Source: an uncultured Bacteroidales bacterium
Lineage (GTDB): Bacteria; Bacteroidota; Bacteroidia; Bacteroidales; VadinHA17
Length of the DNA stretch: 64,000 bases
Reading direction: 5' to 3'
Assembly (NCBI GenBank): GCA_963702415.1
Contig: CAVPCP010000025.1
Span: 29,973-93,972 of the forward strand
Part shown: positions 29,824 through 39,309 of the stretch, one piece after another
Position numbering within the stretch: position 1 is the first letter of the stretch
How the letters are laid out: each line of letters starts with the position of its first letter
Translations under genes and position numbers: made by a program
The notes under the pieces: generated by a model
Told to the model about the DNA's origin: nothing
The model's database searches: none
The model's input: only the letters and a program-made list of their open reading frames with translations

Positions 29824-32796
29824 TCATTTTAATCTGATAGGATTTAACACGTTAAGTTTGAATACAAACCGGATCCTGTCTTTATATGATCCGGTTATTG
29901 ATTCAATATTGGCAGAAACAAGCAAAGGAATATAGATCTCGAAGAAGTTCCATAATCCAGCCTTAAACCCTGCTTCAAAAAACAGAGGGGATTTAACAGT
30001 TCCTTCAATACCATGATCGTTCAGCAATACATTAACAAAGGGTTTGACAGGAATCCATAATGCCGGACCGGGCAGGCTGCTTGTCAATGAGAGTGAGAAA
30101 AGCCAGCGGCTGTATCCCAGGGTATTATTGACCGGAGACACTAATCCCCCCTCAGACAGGCTCATCTGATGCGACCAGAAAGTTTCGTTAAGGTTAAAAC
30201 GATCAAGATAAAACCCCTGGTATAAATATTGTTCACTGCCACTTCTGCCGCTTGCGGAAAATCGATAAAACGGATATTCAGCATTGTTTTTCAGCATGAT
30301 TCCCGAAAAAAATCTAATACCCAGACCTCTGTTTCTACCCCTGTAACTAAGTGTGTAGTTTAAATCGACCGATGTCTTCTGAAACGATTTTCCCGATTCG
30401 GAAGAAACCGAAAAATTAAAAGGATTTATCAAACCGGATCTTTCCAGAATGTATCCAAACTGCAGGAATGGAAGCATCGGCGCCGGCATAAGAAGTTCAA
30501 TATCATGCAGGTCCGATGCAGCCAGAAAATATCCAAAGACCTTATGATTGACAGGATTAATATTATTCCCTGATCTGAACGCAATATCTAATCCTATCTT
30601 CGCTTTATGATATTTCTGATTACCCGGTGCACCAAATTGTTCACCCTCAAGTGTAAATGTTGCTATCCTGATCAGATTGTCATAAGGAGTTATATTGAAT
30701 GAAATTCTTCCGTACCCGGTAAGCCAATGATTACTGAACGTATAAAAAGGAATGAAAAAGTATTCCACCGGTTTGGGCACGAGAGTTCCATTGTTTAAGA
30801 ACAAACCTGCCATAAAACCATCCACGCTGTTCCAGTTTATTACAGGAACATATATTAAAGATCTTTTCTCAATCTCCTCAATGGTATACAAGAACCGGAG
30901 CTGAAAAGGATCAGCCTTACGACATGTTGCTGATGTCCGGATATTATTGTTAAGCCTGAATAATTCGGGCATCTTATGTTCCGGGTCGATTATTATTTCT
31001 GAATTATCACTCCAGGGTAAATTGATCCATTTTTCCCCTTCAAACCCATCTATCCAATATTCCATGGAGACTGAATCTCCGTTTATTTCTGTTAATATCA
31101 AAGGGGCATTCAGCTCACCTTTGTTTTTAATAAGTAATTTCTGATTACCGGTACGGATTATTTCATAATCGAGCCGTTTGGTTGTACCAAGGAAATCATC
31201 AAAGAACCATGAGAGATCGCGGGATGACTGAGATTCAAAGACAGCCCTGAGATCTGCCGGCAGGGGATGCCTGTTTTTCCATTTGCTGTAGTAATCATGC
31301 ATAATGGAATCAAAGAGTGAATCTCCAAGATAAGCCCGCAGATAATTGAATCCATGGGCGGCTTTACTATATATCAGACTTCCATAGTTTCCGTATCCGT
31401 AATCGGTCGCCGCAAGATTTAAAGGTTGTTCCAGATTCCTTCGGGCCGGGATTAGCCATTCGAGCTCCTGAATTCTCTGTATCGGGATTTCATCAATGTT
31501 GAAAAATTTTGCCACTTTTATGTTTCTGAAACTATTTTCCCAAAGTTTTTTTCCGGGGTATTTTTCATTCAGATATCTCGATTCATAAGCAGTGGCAATA
31601 CTTTCATCCATATAAGGGAATTTTCGTTCATCAGAACCGATCGCACTGTAAAACCAGTTATGAGAAATCTCATGTGCTATCACCTGATCGAGCTGGTAAG
31701 GATCACCTGCAAGACCAATAACAGTGAGACCAGGATATTCCATCCCCGATCCTGAACTCAGAGCGCTCTGAACAGCTGTAAAAGAGTTATAAGGATAATC
31801 CCCGATCAATTTTGAGAAATAACTGATAGCATCATTTGTGTATGAAATTGCTTTCTTCCAGAGACGCGCTTCCTGATCAGTGAACATCGCCCATGTGGTA
31901 ACTTCCCTTTTCGAGTCAGGCAGCTTTACAATTCCTTTCAAAACATGAAATCTCTTATCAGCGAACCATGCGAAATCATGTATATTATTCTCTGTATAGT
32001 GTAAAGTCTTCATCTCCTTTGAGGATGGAGGAAAATCTTCACTCCTGAAGTAAATGTATTTCATCCAGGATGTATCAGAAGCCAGTATATCAAGGAATTT
32101 CCATTCCTCTTCATCCATCAGGTTTCCTGTTGCACCAACAACATAATTAGCAGGCAGAGTAATGCTTACATCAAAACTTCCAAATTCTGAATAGAACTCC
32201 GCCTGATCAAGATATGGCATCTGATGCCAGCCGTTTCTGTCATAAACCGCCGGTTTTGGAAACCATTGTGAGATCTGATATGATTCCCCAATATGACCCA
32301 GCCTCGAAGTGACCCCTTTGGGGATCTTTACATGGAAAGGAGTTGTTATTTGTATTGTGTCACCAGGCTCAAGGGCCTTATTAAGAATGATCGTGCAAAT
32401 ATCAGGAGATTCAGGCAATAAGTACCATTGAACCTGATTACTTTCTACCTCAAAATCCAGAGAGTCAATATATCCTTTTAATTCAGGATCATTGAATAAT
32501 TTTTCCTTCCCCTTCATGTTGAATATTTGTCTGGCCAATGCAGTGTTATTATTTGAATATGCATTCGGCCAGAGATGAAAATATAAAAACCTGAGAGTGT
32601 CGGGGGAATTGTTAATATACTCAACTGACTCGAAACCATATAGTTCGTGGGTAGTATCATTAAGAGTCACATTAATTTTATAATTTACCTCCTGCTGAAA
32701 ATAATCCTGTGATGAAACCTTCAGAAAAGGCAGGAATAATATCAGAATAAAGGGTAAATATTTCCTGAAGTCATATTGAAAAACAATTTCTGGCAT
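29824..32796 (-). CDS. M1 family metallo-aminopeptidase with C-terminal beta-rich extension
   Basis: YFQQEVNYKI, QWFPK, HDFAWFAD, SGMEYP, HEISHNWF..MDE, YSKA. Confidence 0.9.
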   Translation of the reverse strand: MPEIVFQYDFRKYLPFILILFLPFLKVSSQDYFQQEVNYKINVTLNDTTHELYGFESVEYINNSPDTLRFLYFHLWPNAYSNNNTALARQIFNMKGKEKLFNDPELKGYIDSLDFEVESNQVQWYLLPESPDICTIILNKALEPGDTIQITTPFHVKIPKGVTSRLGHIGESYQISQWFPKPAVYDRNGWHQMPYLDQAEFYSEFGSFDVSITLPANYVVGATGNLMDEEEWKFLDILASDTSWMKYIYFRSEDFPPSSKEMKTLHYTENNIHDFAWFADKRFHVLKGIVKLPDSKREVTTWAMFTDQEARLWKKAISYTNDAISYFSKLIGDYPYNSFTAVQSALSSGSGMEYPGLTVIGLAGDPYQLDQVIAHEISHNWFYSAIGSDERKFPYMDESIATAYESRYLNEKYPGKKLWENSFRNIKVAKFFNIDEIPIQRIQELEWLIPARRNLEQPLNLAATDYGYGNYGSLIYSKAAHGFNYLRAYLGDSLFDSIMHDYYSKWKNRHPLPADLRAVFESQSSRDLSWFFDDFLGTTKRLDYEIIRTGNQKLLIKNKGELNAPLILTEINGDSVSMEYWIDGFEGEKWINLPWSDNSEIIIDPEHKMPELFRLNNNIRTSATCRKADPFQLRFLYTIEEIEKRSLIYVPVINWNSVDGFMAGLFLNNGTLVPKPVEYFFIPFYTFSNHWLTGYGRISFNITPYDNLIRIATFTLEGEQFGAPGNQKYHKAKIGLDIAFRSGNNINPVNHKVFGYFLAASDLHDIELLMPAPMLPFLQFGYILERSGLINPFNFSVSSESGKSFQKTSVDLNYTLSYRGRNRGLGIRFFSGIMLKNNAEYPFYRFSASGRSGSEQYLYQGFYLDRFNLNETFWSHQMSLSEGGLVSPVNNTLGYSRWLFSLSLTSSLPGPALWIPVKPFVNVLLNDHGIEGTVKSPLFFEAGFKAGLWNFFEIYIPLLVSANIESITGSYKDRIRFVFKLNVLNPIRLK

Positions 32797-32959
32797 AACT
32801 GGCCGGTCTGAATTTTTGCCGACATATAATCGGGAATACTAAGATACTGAAAATCATGGATGGTCAGGCTAATAAAGAAATGGGTATGATAAAAGTTGTA
32901 TACTTTCAATAATTAAATTATTTTTGCTTTAAGTGATTTAAATAAAGACATATAATTTA

Positions 32960-33520
32960 TTGAAAATCTACATTAAAAATATGGTTTGCATAAGGTGCCA
33001 GATGGCAGTTAAATCCGAGCTGGATAAACTCGGGTTGCATCACACTAAGGTTGAAATAGGTGAGACTGAAATCATGGAGGACCTTACACCAATGCAAATG
33101 GATAATCTGAGAAGTTCTCTTAAAAATATCGGGCTTGAATTGCTGGATGATAAGAAAAACATTATGGTTGAGAGAATAAAAACAATTATCATTGAACTGG
33201 TACACTATAATGAAGATCAAATCAAAACAAACCTTTCCGATTACCTGAGCGAAAAGCTCAATCACAATTATACTTATCTTTCTAATCTCTTTTCTGAGGT
33301 CAAAGGATCTACCATTGAGAAGTTTTACCTGTCAAATAAAATAGAAAGGGTAAAAGAGCTGCTTGTATATGGTGAGCTCAATCTTTCCGAAATTGCCTGG
33401 AAAATGCATTACAGCAGTGTTGCCCATCTGTCGAACCAGTTTAAGAAAATGACAGGTCTTACCCCATCGCACTTCAAAAATCTCAGGATCAAAAATCGCA
33501 CATCTCCGGAGAATGATTGA
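32960..33520 (+). CDS. AraC family regulator with N-terminal HMA-like CxxC domain
   Basis: IKNMVCIRC; YLSNLFSEVKG; LSEIAWKMHYSSVAHLSNQFKKMTGLTPS double HTH. Confidence 0.92.
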   Translation: MKIYIKNMVCIRCQMAVKSELDKLGLHHTKVEIGETEIMEDLTPMQMDNLRSSLKNIGLELLDDKKNIMVERIKTIIIELVHYNEDQIKTNLSDYLSEKLNHNYTYLSNLFSEVKGSTIEKFYLSNKIERVKELLVYGELNLSEIAWKMHYSSVAHLSNQFKKMTGLTPSHFKNLRIKNRTSPEND

Positions 33521-33536
33521 ATGATTTAACAGCAGT

Positions 33537-34115
33537 CTATTTAAGGACTATTTTACTGTTATGTCCGAAAATGTAAAATATGCCCAGCTGAATTCCCCTG
33601 TTGGTTGATTTTACATCACTGTCTTTATTTATATTGCTTAATCCAAGATTATATCTTGCATCAATACCAAAACCCGTTGACGGAACTACATAGCTCACAC
33701 CAAAGCTTACTCCAAACTCAATGGGATTTAATTCGTCTTTATTGTCGGCACTAACCAGAAAACCTACCTGCGGGCCAGCCTGTAATCTGAATCCATTGTC
33801 AAACATATACTGAATCAGGACGGGAACATTAATATAACCCAGCTCATAATTAGCATCCCCGCTTTTTGCCCCCTGGGTTGAATATACCAGCTCAGGCTGA
33901 ATTGCCCACGGATTCTTGAGATGGATATGGCCGAGCAGGCCAAAATGATACCCTGTTATCTGGTCATATGTGCTATTGTTGTCATTGTTTATGTTGTACA
34001 GATTTAACCCGCCTTTAATTCCAAGGCTCACGTGTCCTTCAGGTGCATTACCATGTTGTGCGCTTGCAATGCCCGTAATCAATATTGCTGTAATTAATCC
34101 GATTAAATATTTCAT
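33537..34115 (-). CDS. small outer-membrane beta-barrel (PorT/OMP_b-brl_2-like)
   Basis: Signal, GIKGGLN, QPELVYSTQG, YINVPV, AGPQVGFL, DARYNLGL. Confidence 0.85.
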   Translation of the reverse strand: MKYLIGLITAILITGIASAQHGNAPEGHVSLGIKGGLNLYNINNDNNSTYDQITGYHFGLLGHIHLKNPWAIQPELVYSTQGAKSGDANYELGYINVPVLIQYMFDNGFRLQAGPQVGFLVSADNKDELNPIEFGVSFGVSYVVPSTGFGIDARYNLGLSNINKDSDVKSTNRGIQLGIFYIFGHNSKIVLK

Positions 34116-34155
34116 ATTTTTTTTTTATCTGTTTAAAATTACTTGTAAAAAACCT

Positions 34156-34710
34156 TTACCTGGCCCCTAAAATCGTCCAGCCTAAATAAATCTGAAATGT
34201 GCGGTTTTTAATACTCTCGCCCGATACATCGGAGATATCAGTAAACCCCAGGACATACCTCACGCCGGCATTGAATCCGAGTGGCAGATGCAAACCTGCT
34301 CCAAACGCCAGACCAAAATCGTTGTTTTTAAGTTGATCCTTTACATCACCCGCATTTTCAACTTCTGCCTTTGTCAGAAAACTGAACTGTGGGCCTGCTT
34401 CTAGGCTCAATAGACTCATTGGCATGAACCGGAACATCACAGGGATGGCTATATAATCAAAATCTACCTTTATATCATCCCATTTGCTTCCATAGGCAGT
34501 ATACAGGACTTCGGGGGTTATTCCGAATTTTTCTGACAAATTCAGATTAACGTAGGCTCCGAAATGATAATCAGTAACTGTTTTAACATTAATATCTTCA
34601 ACTGCCTGATTGGCAAAATTTGCCCCGGCTTTTATGCCCAGGCCAATACCTTGTGCCTCGATTACAAAAGGTATTAAAAATAATACCCCGAATAGAAATA
34701 ACTTTTTCAT
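34156..34710 (-). CDS. small outer-membrane beta-barrel (PorT/OMP_b-brl_2-like), tandem paralog
   Basis: GIKAGAN, PEVLY, YIAIPV, AGPQFSFL, RYVLG. Confidence 0.85.
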   Translation of the reverse strand: MKKLFLFGVLFLIPFVIEAQGIGLGIKAGANFANQAVEDINVKTVTDYHFGAYVNLNLSEKFGITPEVLYTAYGSKWDDIKVDFDYIAIPVMFRFMPMSLLSLEAGPQFSFLTKAEVENAGDVKDQLKNNDFGLAFGAGLHLPLGFNAGVRYVLGFTDISDVSGESIKNRTFQIYLGWTILGAR

Positions 34711-34733
34711 TTTATTAATTATTGGTTATACAA

Positions 34734-36209
34734 TCAAATAACATCCCTGAATACTCTCCTGAAATGATACCCGTAAATGCTGTAAGTAACTGCAAGCGGG
34801 AATGCCTTTGGCTTATTTAAGATGCTCCAGAAGACTATTTTCCAGAAATAGATACGGTTCTTCGTAAGAACTCCCAGATATATTATAGATTTTATTAATG
34901 CCATAAACCTGTTCATTGAAAGAGGCTGGGTAAACGGAGGATCGTATTGCTTCAGAAATAATAAGACTCTGGTATAATATGCCTTGCCGGAATATATACT
35001 CTTAATGATTTCCCGGTATCCTTTCATCAGTTCTTCTTTGTCCATTACCGGAACAAAATTCATTGAATAATCAGTATTGTCGCCAGTAAACTCATCAGTT
35101 ATTCTGCCTTCATTCTCTAATCGCCTGTAGAGTTTTGATAATCGCGGTGCATTCAGCAGCCCTACCATTGCTGTTATAATTCCGCTTTTCTGAATAAAGT
35201 CGATCTGCCGCTGGAAGATGTTCGGAGGATCATTATCGAACCCTACAATAAATCCTGCATACACTTCCATTCCATACCGCTGAATTATTTTTACGCAATC
35301 AATAAGATCGCGGTTTTTATTATTCACCTTATTACATTCCATTAAACAACTCTCCTCCGGGGTTTCAATGCCTACGAATACTTTAGCAAAGCCGGCTTTG
35401 ACCATCATATCCATCAGATCCTTATCATCAGACAGATCAATAGAAGCTTCCGTGATGAAAAAGAACGGATATTTGTTGGATTTCATCCAGCTGATAACGG
35501 CAGGCAGCAATTCATTCTTAAGTTTCTTTTTGTGGCCGATAAAATTATCATCGACGAAGAACACACTACCCCTCCATCCTATTTGTATCAACTGGTCCAG
35601 TTCAGCAATAATCTGTGCTGAGGTTTTTGTCCGGACATGACGACCAAACAAAGCTGTTATATCGCAAAATTCGCAATCATAAGGACATCCTCTTGAGTAT
35701 TGTATTCCTGCAGAAGCATATTTTCCGGCTTTAAGAAGTGAATAATCAGGTAAGGGTGATTTTGTGATATCAGCAAATTTATCTGACTGATATATCTTTT
35801 TTGGCCTGCCATTTTTAAGGTCTTCGATAAAGAGAGGTAAGGTTATTTCTGCTTCGTTAAGCACTAAATGGTTAATCACGGGAAATTTTTCATATTCTTC
35901 AGTAAACAAAGGACCCCCCGCCACAATTTTTTTCTTTAGATGAATACATCGCTCTATGATTTGTTTTACAGAAGCAAGCTGTATCGACATAGCACTTATG
36001 AAAACATAATCGGCCCATTTAATATCTTCATCCTTAAGCCTGGAAACGTTGAGGTCGATAAGTTTCTTATTCCAGTCGTCAGGCAATAATGGCGCTATTG
36101 TGATCAAACCCAAAGGTACATTAGATGCCTTTTTGGAAATAAACTTCAGAGCATGCTTAAAGCTCCAGTAGGTATCGGGATACTGAGGATAAACCAATAG
36201 AATATTCAT
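34734..36209 (-). CDS. B12-binding radical SAM protein (DUF4070 C-terminus)
   Basis: PLGLITIA, SRGCPYDCEFC, FVDDNFIG, FVGIET, GFIVGFDND. Confidence 0.9.
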   Translation of the reverse strand: MNILLVYPQYPDTYWSFKHALKFISKKASNVPLGLITIAPLLPDDWNKKLIDLNVSRLKDEDIKWADYVFISAMSIQLASVKQIIERCIHLKKKIVAGGPLFTEEYEKFPVINHLVLNEAEITLPLFIEDLKNGRPKKIYQSDKFADITKSPLPDYSLLKAGKYASAGIQYSRGCPYDCEFCDITALFGRHVRTKTSAQIIAELDQLIQIGWRGSVFFVDDNFIGHKKKLKNELLPAVISWMKSNKYPFFFITEASIDLSDDKDLMDMMVKAGFAKVFVGIETPEESCLMECNKVNNKNRDLIDCVKIIQRYGMEVYAGFIVGFDNDPPNIFQRQIDFIQKSGIITAMVGLLNAPRLSKLYRRLENEGRITDEFTGDNTDYSMNFVPVMDKEELMKGYREIIKSIYSGKAYYTRVLLFLKQYDPPFTQPLSMNRFMALIKSIIYLGVLTKNRIYFWKIVFWSILNKPKAFPLAVTYSIYGYHFRRVFRDVI

Positions 36210-36247
36210 AATACTTTATAATACTTCTAAACTTTTAAAACAAATCA

Positions 36248-36970
36248 TTAATCCATTACACACCTGACATATTTCCCTGCTGCTTTTGTGGTACCTTCTC
36301 TGTAAACACCATCGTTACTTCCGTCCAGCCGACGATAATTACCTGTGGCGGGACTACTTTCATCGGAACACCACCAGTAGCTAAGTGTACCCTCATTGAA
36401 GAATGAACCATCGGCATAATACCTGAACCCACCCGGGAGTGCTGAAAATCCACTTGTATTTGTGCTGCCTTTCCCGGCACTCCATCCGGTGGAACTCTTC
36501 ATCTGAGAACCCTGATTAGTCCCCCGCCATGTTGTTTCATCAGCTTGTTCCTGAGTCATACCGAGATACATTTCCAGTGTTTTAAATTCAGCATCAGTCG
36601 GCACATGCCAGCCAGTGGGGCATAGTTTTCCTGTATTTGCAGTATACCAATTATAGATGGCTCCGTATAAAGGTTTGTTTGTAGTTTCATCATTATCATA
36701 CCAGCAATAACCCGGAGTTGTCAGTCGTGTCCATGCTGAATTAACCGTAACATTAGGTATGTCTTTGCCATCATTATATTTCGTTGTTTTAAGGTTCTCA
36801 CCCATCCAGGTTTGTGAACCGATTTCTACTGTTATGTAGGTATTGCCTGACAGATCAGTCAAACTACCGGTAATAATTTCCGGATCGTCCTTTTCACAGC
36901 CGCTTGTAAAAATTAAAATCAAGGCGATTACTAATAACATCTGACTCAAAAATCTTCTTTTGTTTTTCAT
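36248..36970 (-). CDS. FISUMP (Fibrobacter succinogenes major paralogous domain) lipoprotein
   Basis: Lipobox TSG-C then EKDD; IGSQTWMGENL, YGAIYNW, LCPTGWHVP, GFSALPGG, VRCVMD. Confidence 0.9.
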   Translation of the reverse strand: MKNKRRFLSQMLLVIALILIFTSGCEKDDPEIITGSLTDLSGNTYITVEIGSQTWMGENLKTTKYNDGKDIPNVTVNSAWTRLTTPGYCWYDNDETTNKPLYGAIYNWYTANTGKLCPTGWHVPTDAEFKTLEMYLGMTQEQADETTWRGTNQGSQMKSSTGWSAGKGSTNTSGFSALPGGFRYYADGSFFNEGTLSYWWCSDESSPATGNYRRLDGSNDGVYREGTTKAAGKYVRCVMD

Positions 36971-37065
36971 CTCCGTTAGTTTTTAAATTATCATCCAGTT
37001 TTTTCATTTATTTGCTGTCCGTATTCTTTTATTTTACCCTGCCAAAGTATTAAAGAGACTATCGA

Positions 37066-38400
37066 TTAGTTGGTTACAACCAGTTTCTGAGTATTTTGGG
37101 GTGTGTCATTTAGTCCCATTTGAACAAAATAGGCACCAGGTGAAAGATTTAAAGGAATTTGAAACTCCCTGACATCCCGATTCATTTTATCCTGAAAAAC
37201 AATACGCCCCGATAAATCAATGATTTTAATATAGTCAAGTATTAATGCCGGTTCATCTATCGAAATCTTAATATAGTGGAGTGCGGGATTCGGATATATC
37301 TTAACAGTTTGATCCTTGTTATTTGCTGCGAATACCCTTGCTCCCACCTGCCAAGTTCCATTCTGGGCTGTGGTTGCCGGATTAGCTGAACTCCATGTCG
37401 CATTTGTTGAAAGACCCGTTTGCCATTCAGGCCCTAAATTAGTCCCATGATCTAATCTTGATACTGGGACAAAACTGGTTGTATTCAGGAAATCAGGATT
37501 AACAACGACCGAATGTATATCATATCCCAGTTCCTGCCATTCTGCAAACGTTTTTACTGTACCACTGATAACAAACACAGGTGTGCCGGTTTCACAATAG
37601 AAAACATTATAATCGCTCTCAAAATCATTCAGACACCACGATTCTATCCTCACATTTGGAATCTGATTTTTCGTATAAAAAATATTGTTATAAATTCTGG
37701 TGCCAAGTGAAGGTGACGGAACTAATCTGTCGTTATTTGCATCTATATCTATTATGGATGCGGACCAATCAGAAAACTCATCATTATAAAAGGTATTATT
37801 ATACACATGAACACCATTAATACCCTTTATTCTCAGTGAGAGTCCTGCATTTTTTAAAATATTATAAGCAGCTCCTCCGGAGGTATATGTCATATTAAAA
37901 CCCTCATCTGACCCTGATTTAAACAATATCCCGTGAGGAGTTTTATCAAGATAATTATACTGAACTACTGAATTTATATTATAACCGGTAAATACAGCAT
38001 GTGTAATGCTGGAGGCGTCTGTTCCGTTCCATGTAAATTTATTGCCTGTTATTATCATCCCGTCAAGATTGTTATTCTGAGAATTTTCACCTTCATCTCC
38101 TGATTGTAACAAATAGCCGGTCGAATTTATTGATGTAATGGTGTTATTACGATAAGTGAATGCAGTGGGTTTACTTCTTTGAATATTTACTCCTTCCCAG
38201 GTTCCTGTATCTGTATTAATAATATAAGTCCCTTCTATTGTCAGAACAGTCTGTGCAGACAAAGCAGAACCTGTTATAAGAAATAATATTATGTATATCC
38301 TTTTCAGCAAATGCAAATCATAAGAATTATAGAACCGTAAGGCCAATATATCTATCAATGAGTGTCTCCTCTTCAGTGTTTTCATGATAAAAAATTCCAT
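37066..38400 (-). CDS. T9SS-secreted protein with parallel beta-helix repeats
   Basis: Asn-rich repeats (VYNNTFY, IYNNIF, SDYNVFY) and type A CTD IYPNPA...DLSGRIV...LSPGAYFV...KLVV; exact start uncertain. Confidence 0.85.
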   Translation of the reverse strand: MEFFIMKTLKRRHSLIDILALRFYNSYDLHLLKRIYIILFLITGSALSAQTVLTIEGTYIINTDTGTWEGVNIQRSKPTAFTYRNNTITSINSTGYLLQSGDEGENSQNNNLDGMIITGNKFTWNGTDASSITHAVFTGYNINSVVQYNYLDKTPHGILFKSGSDEGFNMTYTSGGAAYNILKNAGLSLRIKGINGVHVYNNTFYNDEFSDWSASIIDIDANNDRLVPSPSLGTRIYNNIFYTKNQIPNVRIESWCLNDFESDYNVFYCETGTPVFVISGTVKTFAEWQELGYDIHSVVVNPDFLNTTSFVPVSRLDHGTNLGPEWQTGLSTNATWSSANPATTAQNGTWQVGARVFAANNKDQTVKIYPNPALHYIKISIDEPALILDYIKIIDLSGRIVFQDKMNRDVREFQIPLNLSPGAYFVQMGLNDTPQNTQKLVVTN

Positions 38401-38416
38401 GAAAATTCCAACGATA

Positions 38417-38481
38417 TAAATGTAAACCCTTTAGATTCTGGAATCTTTACACAATTCCCTGACAGATTTACATAATTCACA
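38417..38481 (-). promoter_or_regulatory. regulon motif copy 2
   Basis: Reverse strand TGTGAATTATGTAA-N16-TGTAA-N22-TACATTTA; drives the 38400-33537 gene run. Confidence 0.8.
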
Positions 38482-38502
38482 TATGGTATCCTGTGGAGTG
38501 TG

Positions 38503-38567
38503 TGTGAATGATGTAACTATTACCATGAAAAGTGTAACGTTGCCCGGAATTAAAGGACTCACCTTTA
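38503..38567 (+). promoter_or_regulatory. regulon motif copy 3
   Basis: TGTGAATGATGTAA-N16-TGTAA-N22-CACCTTTA. Confidence 0.8.
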
Positions 38568-38604
38568 CATCGTGAAAATTCATTCACAATTTAAAATTCA
38601 AAAA

Positions 38605-39093
38605 ATGAAAAAAGTATTATTAGTAATGGTTTTCGTTATGGGAGTTCTGGTTGTCAATGCGCAGGCAGGTCTGACTGATTTTGCCGGCACATGGACTTTA
38701 AATACGGAAAAAAGCACTCAGCCAAAAGACGGCATGAGAATGGGTGGCGGCAATTTCGTTGCTGTACAGGATTCTAATCTCCTGACAGTTGAAAGAACAG
38801 TGGCAGCTCAGGATGTTAACTCCACAAAAACGATTCTGAAATATACTCTGGACGGAAAAGAGAGTATAAACACATCAACAAGAGGCGACAGTAAATCAGT
38901 TGCAAACTGGTCTTCTGACGGAAAGTCTCTTACTATTGAAACCTCAAGAACCATGGATGTGAATGGTGAGCCCACTACAATGACATCAACAGAAGTGTGG
39001 GCACTTACTGACGTAAAAACACTAACAGTATCATCAACAAGACAGGGTCCAAATGGTGCAGAAATCACAAAGATGATTTATGATAAGGTATAA
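38605..39093 (+). CDS. secreted lipocalin/calycin-like beta protein, function unknown
   Basis: MKKVLL signal, DFAGTWTLNTEKS, YTLDGKE, WSSDGKSL. Confidence 0.7.
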   Translation: MKKVLLVMVFVMGVLVVNAQAGLTDFAGTWTLNTEKSTQPKDGMRMGGGNFVAVQDSNLLTVERTVAAQDVNSTKTILKYTLDGKESINTSTRGDSKSVANWSSDGKSLTIETSRTMDVNGEPTTMTSTEVWALTDVKTLTVSSTRQGPNGAEITKMIYDKV

Positions 39094-39116
39094 TTTGTGA
39101 ATTAAAGAAAAAGTTC

Positions 39117-39146
39117 AAAGAGGCTCCGTAAGGGGTCTTTTTTTTT
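39117..39146 (+). terminator. intrinsic terminator
   Basis: GAGGCTCC-GTAA-GGGGTCTT stem-loop followed by a T run. Confidence 0.8.
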
Positions 39147-39220
39147 AGAAAAAGCTTTGGCTTGCAATGCCTGTCAATAAACTCATCTCCGGTGCAGTAA
39201 ACTATAATGGCAATGCAATC

Positions 39221-39285
39221 TGTAAATTATGTAACTTTTTTCAAAAGTTGTGTAATACTTATCCTTTGAAGGGTATCGACCTTTA
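39221..39285 (+). promoter_or_regulatory. regulon motif copy 4 (susC promoter)
   Basis: TGTAAATTATGTAA-N16-TGTAA-N22-GACCTTTA. Confidence 0.8.
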
Positions 39286-39309
39286 TGGTGTGATAATCCA
39301 TTCAGACTT

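Noticed and set aside
32884-32926. Regulon motif upstream of araC
   Set aside because: TGTAT lies 17 bp from TATTTTTG and there is no 21-bp repeat.
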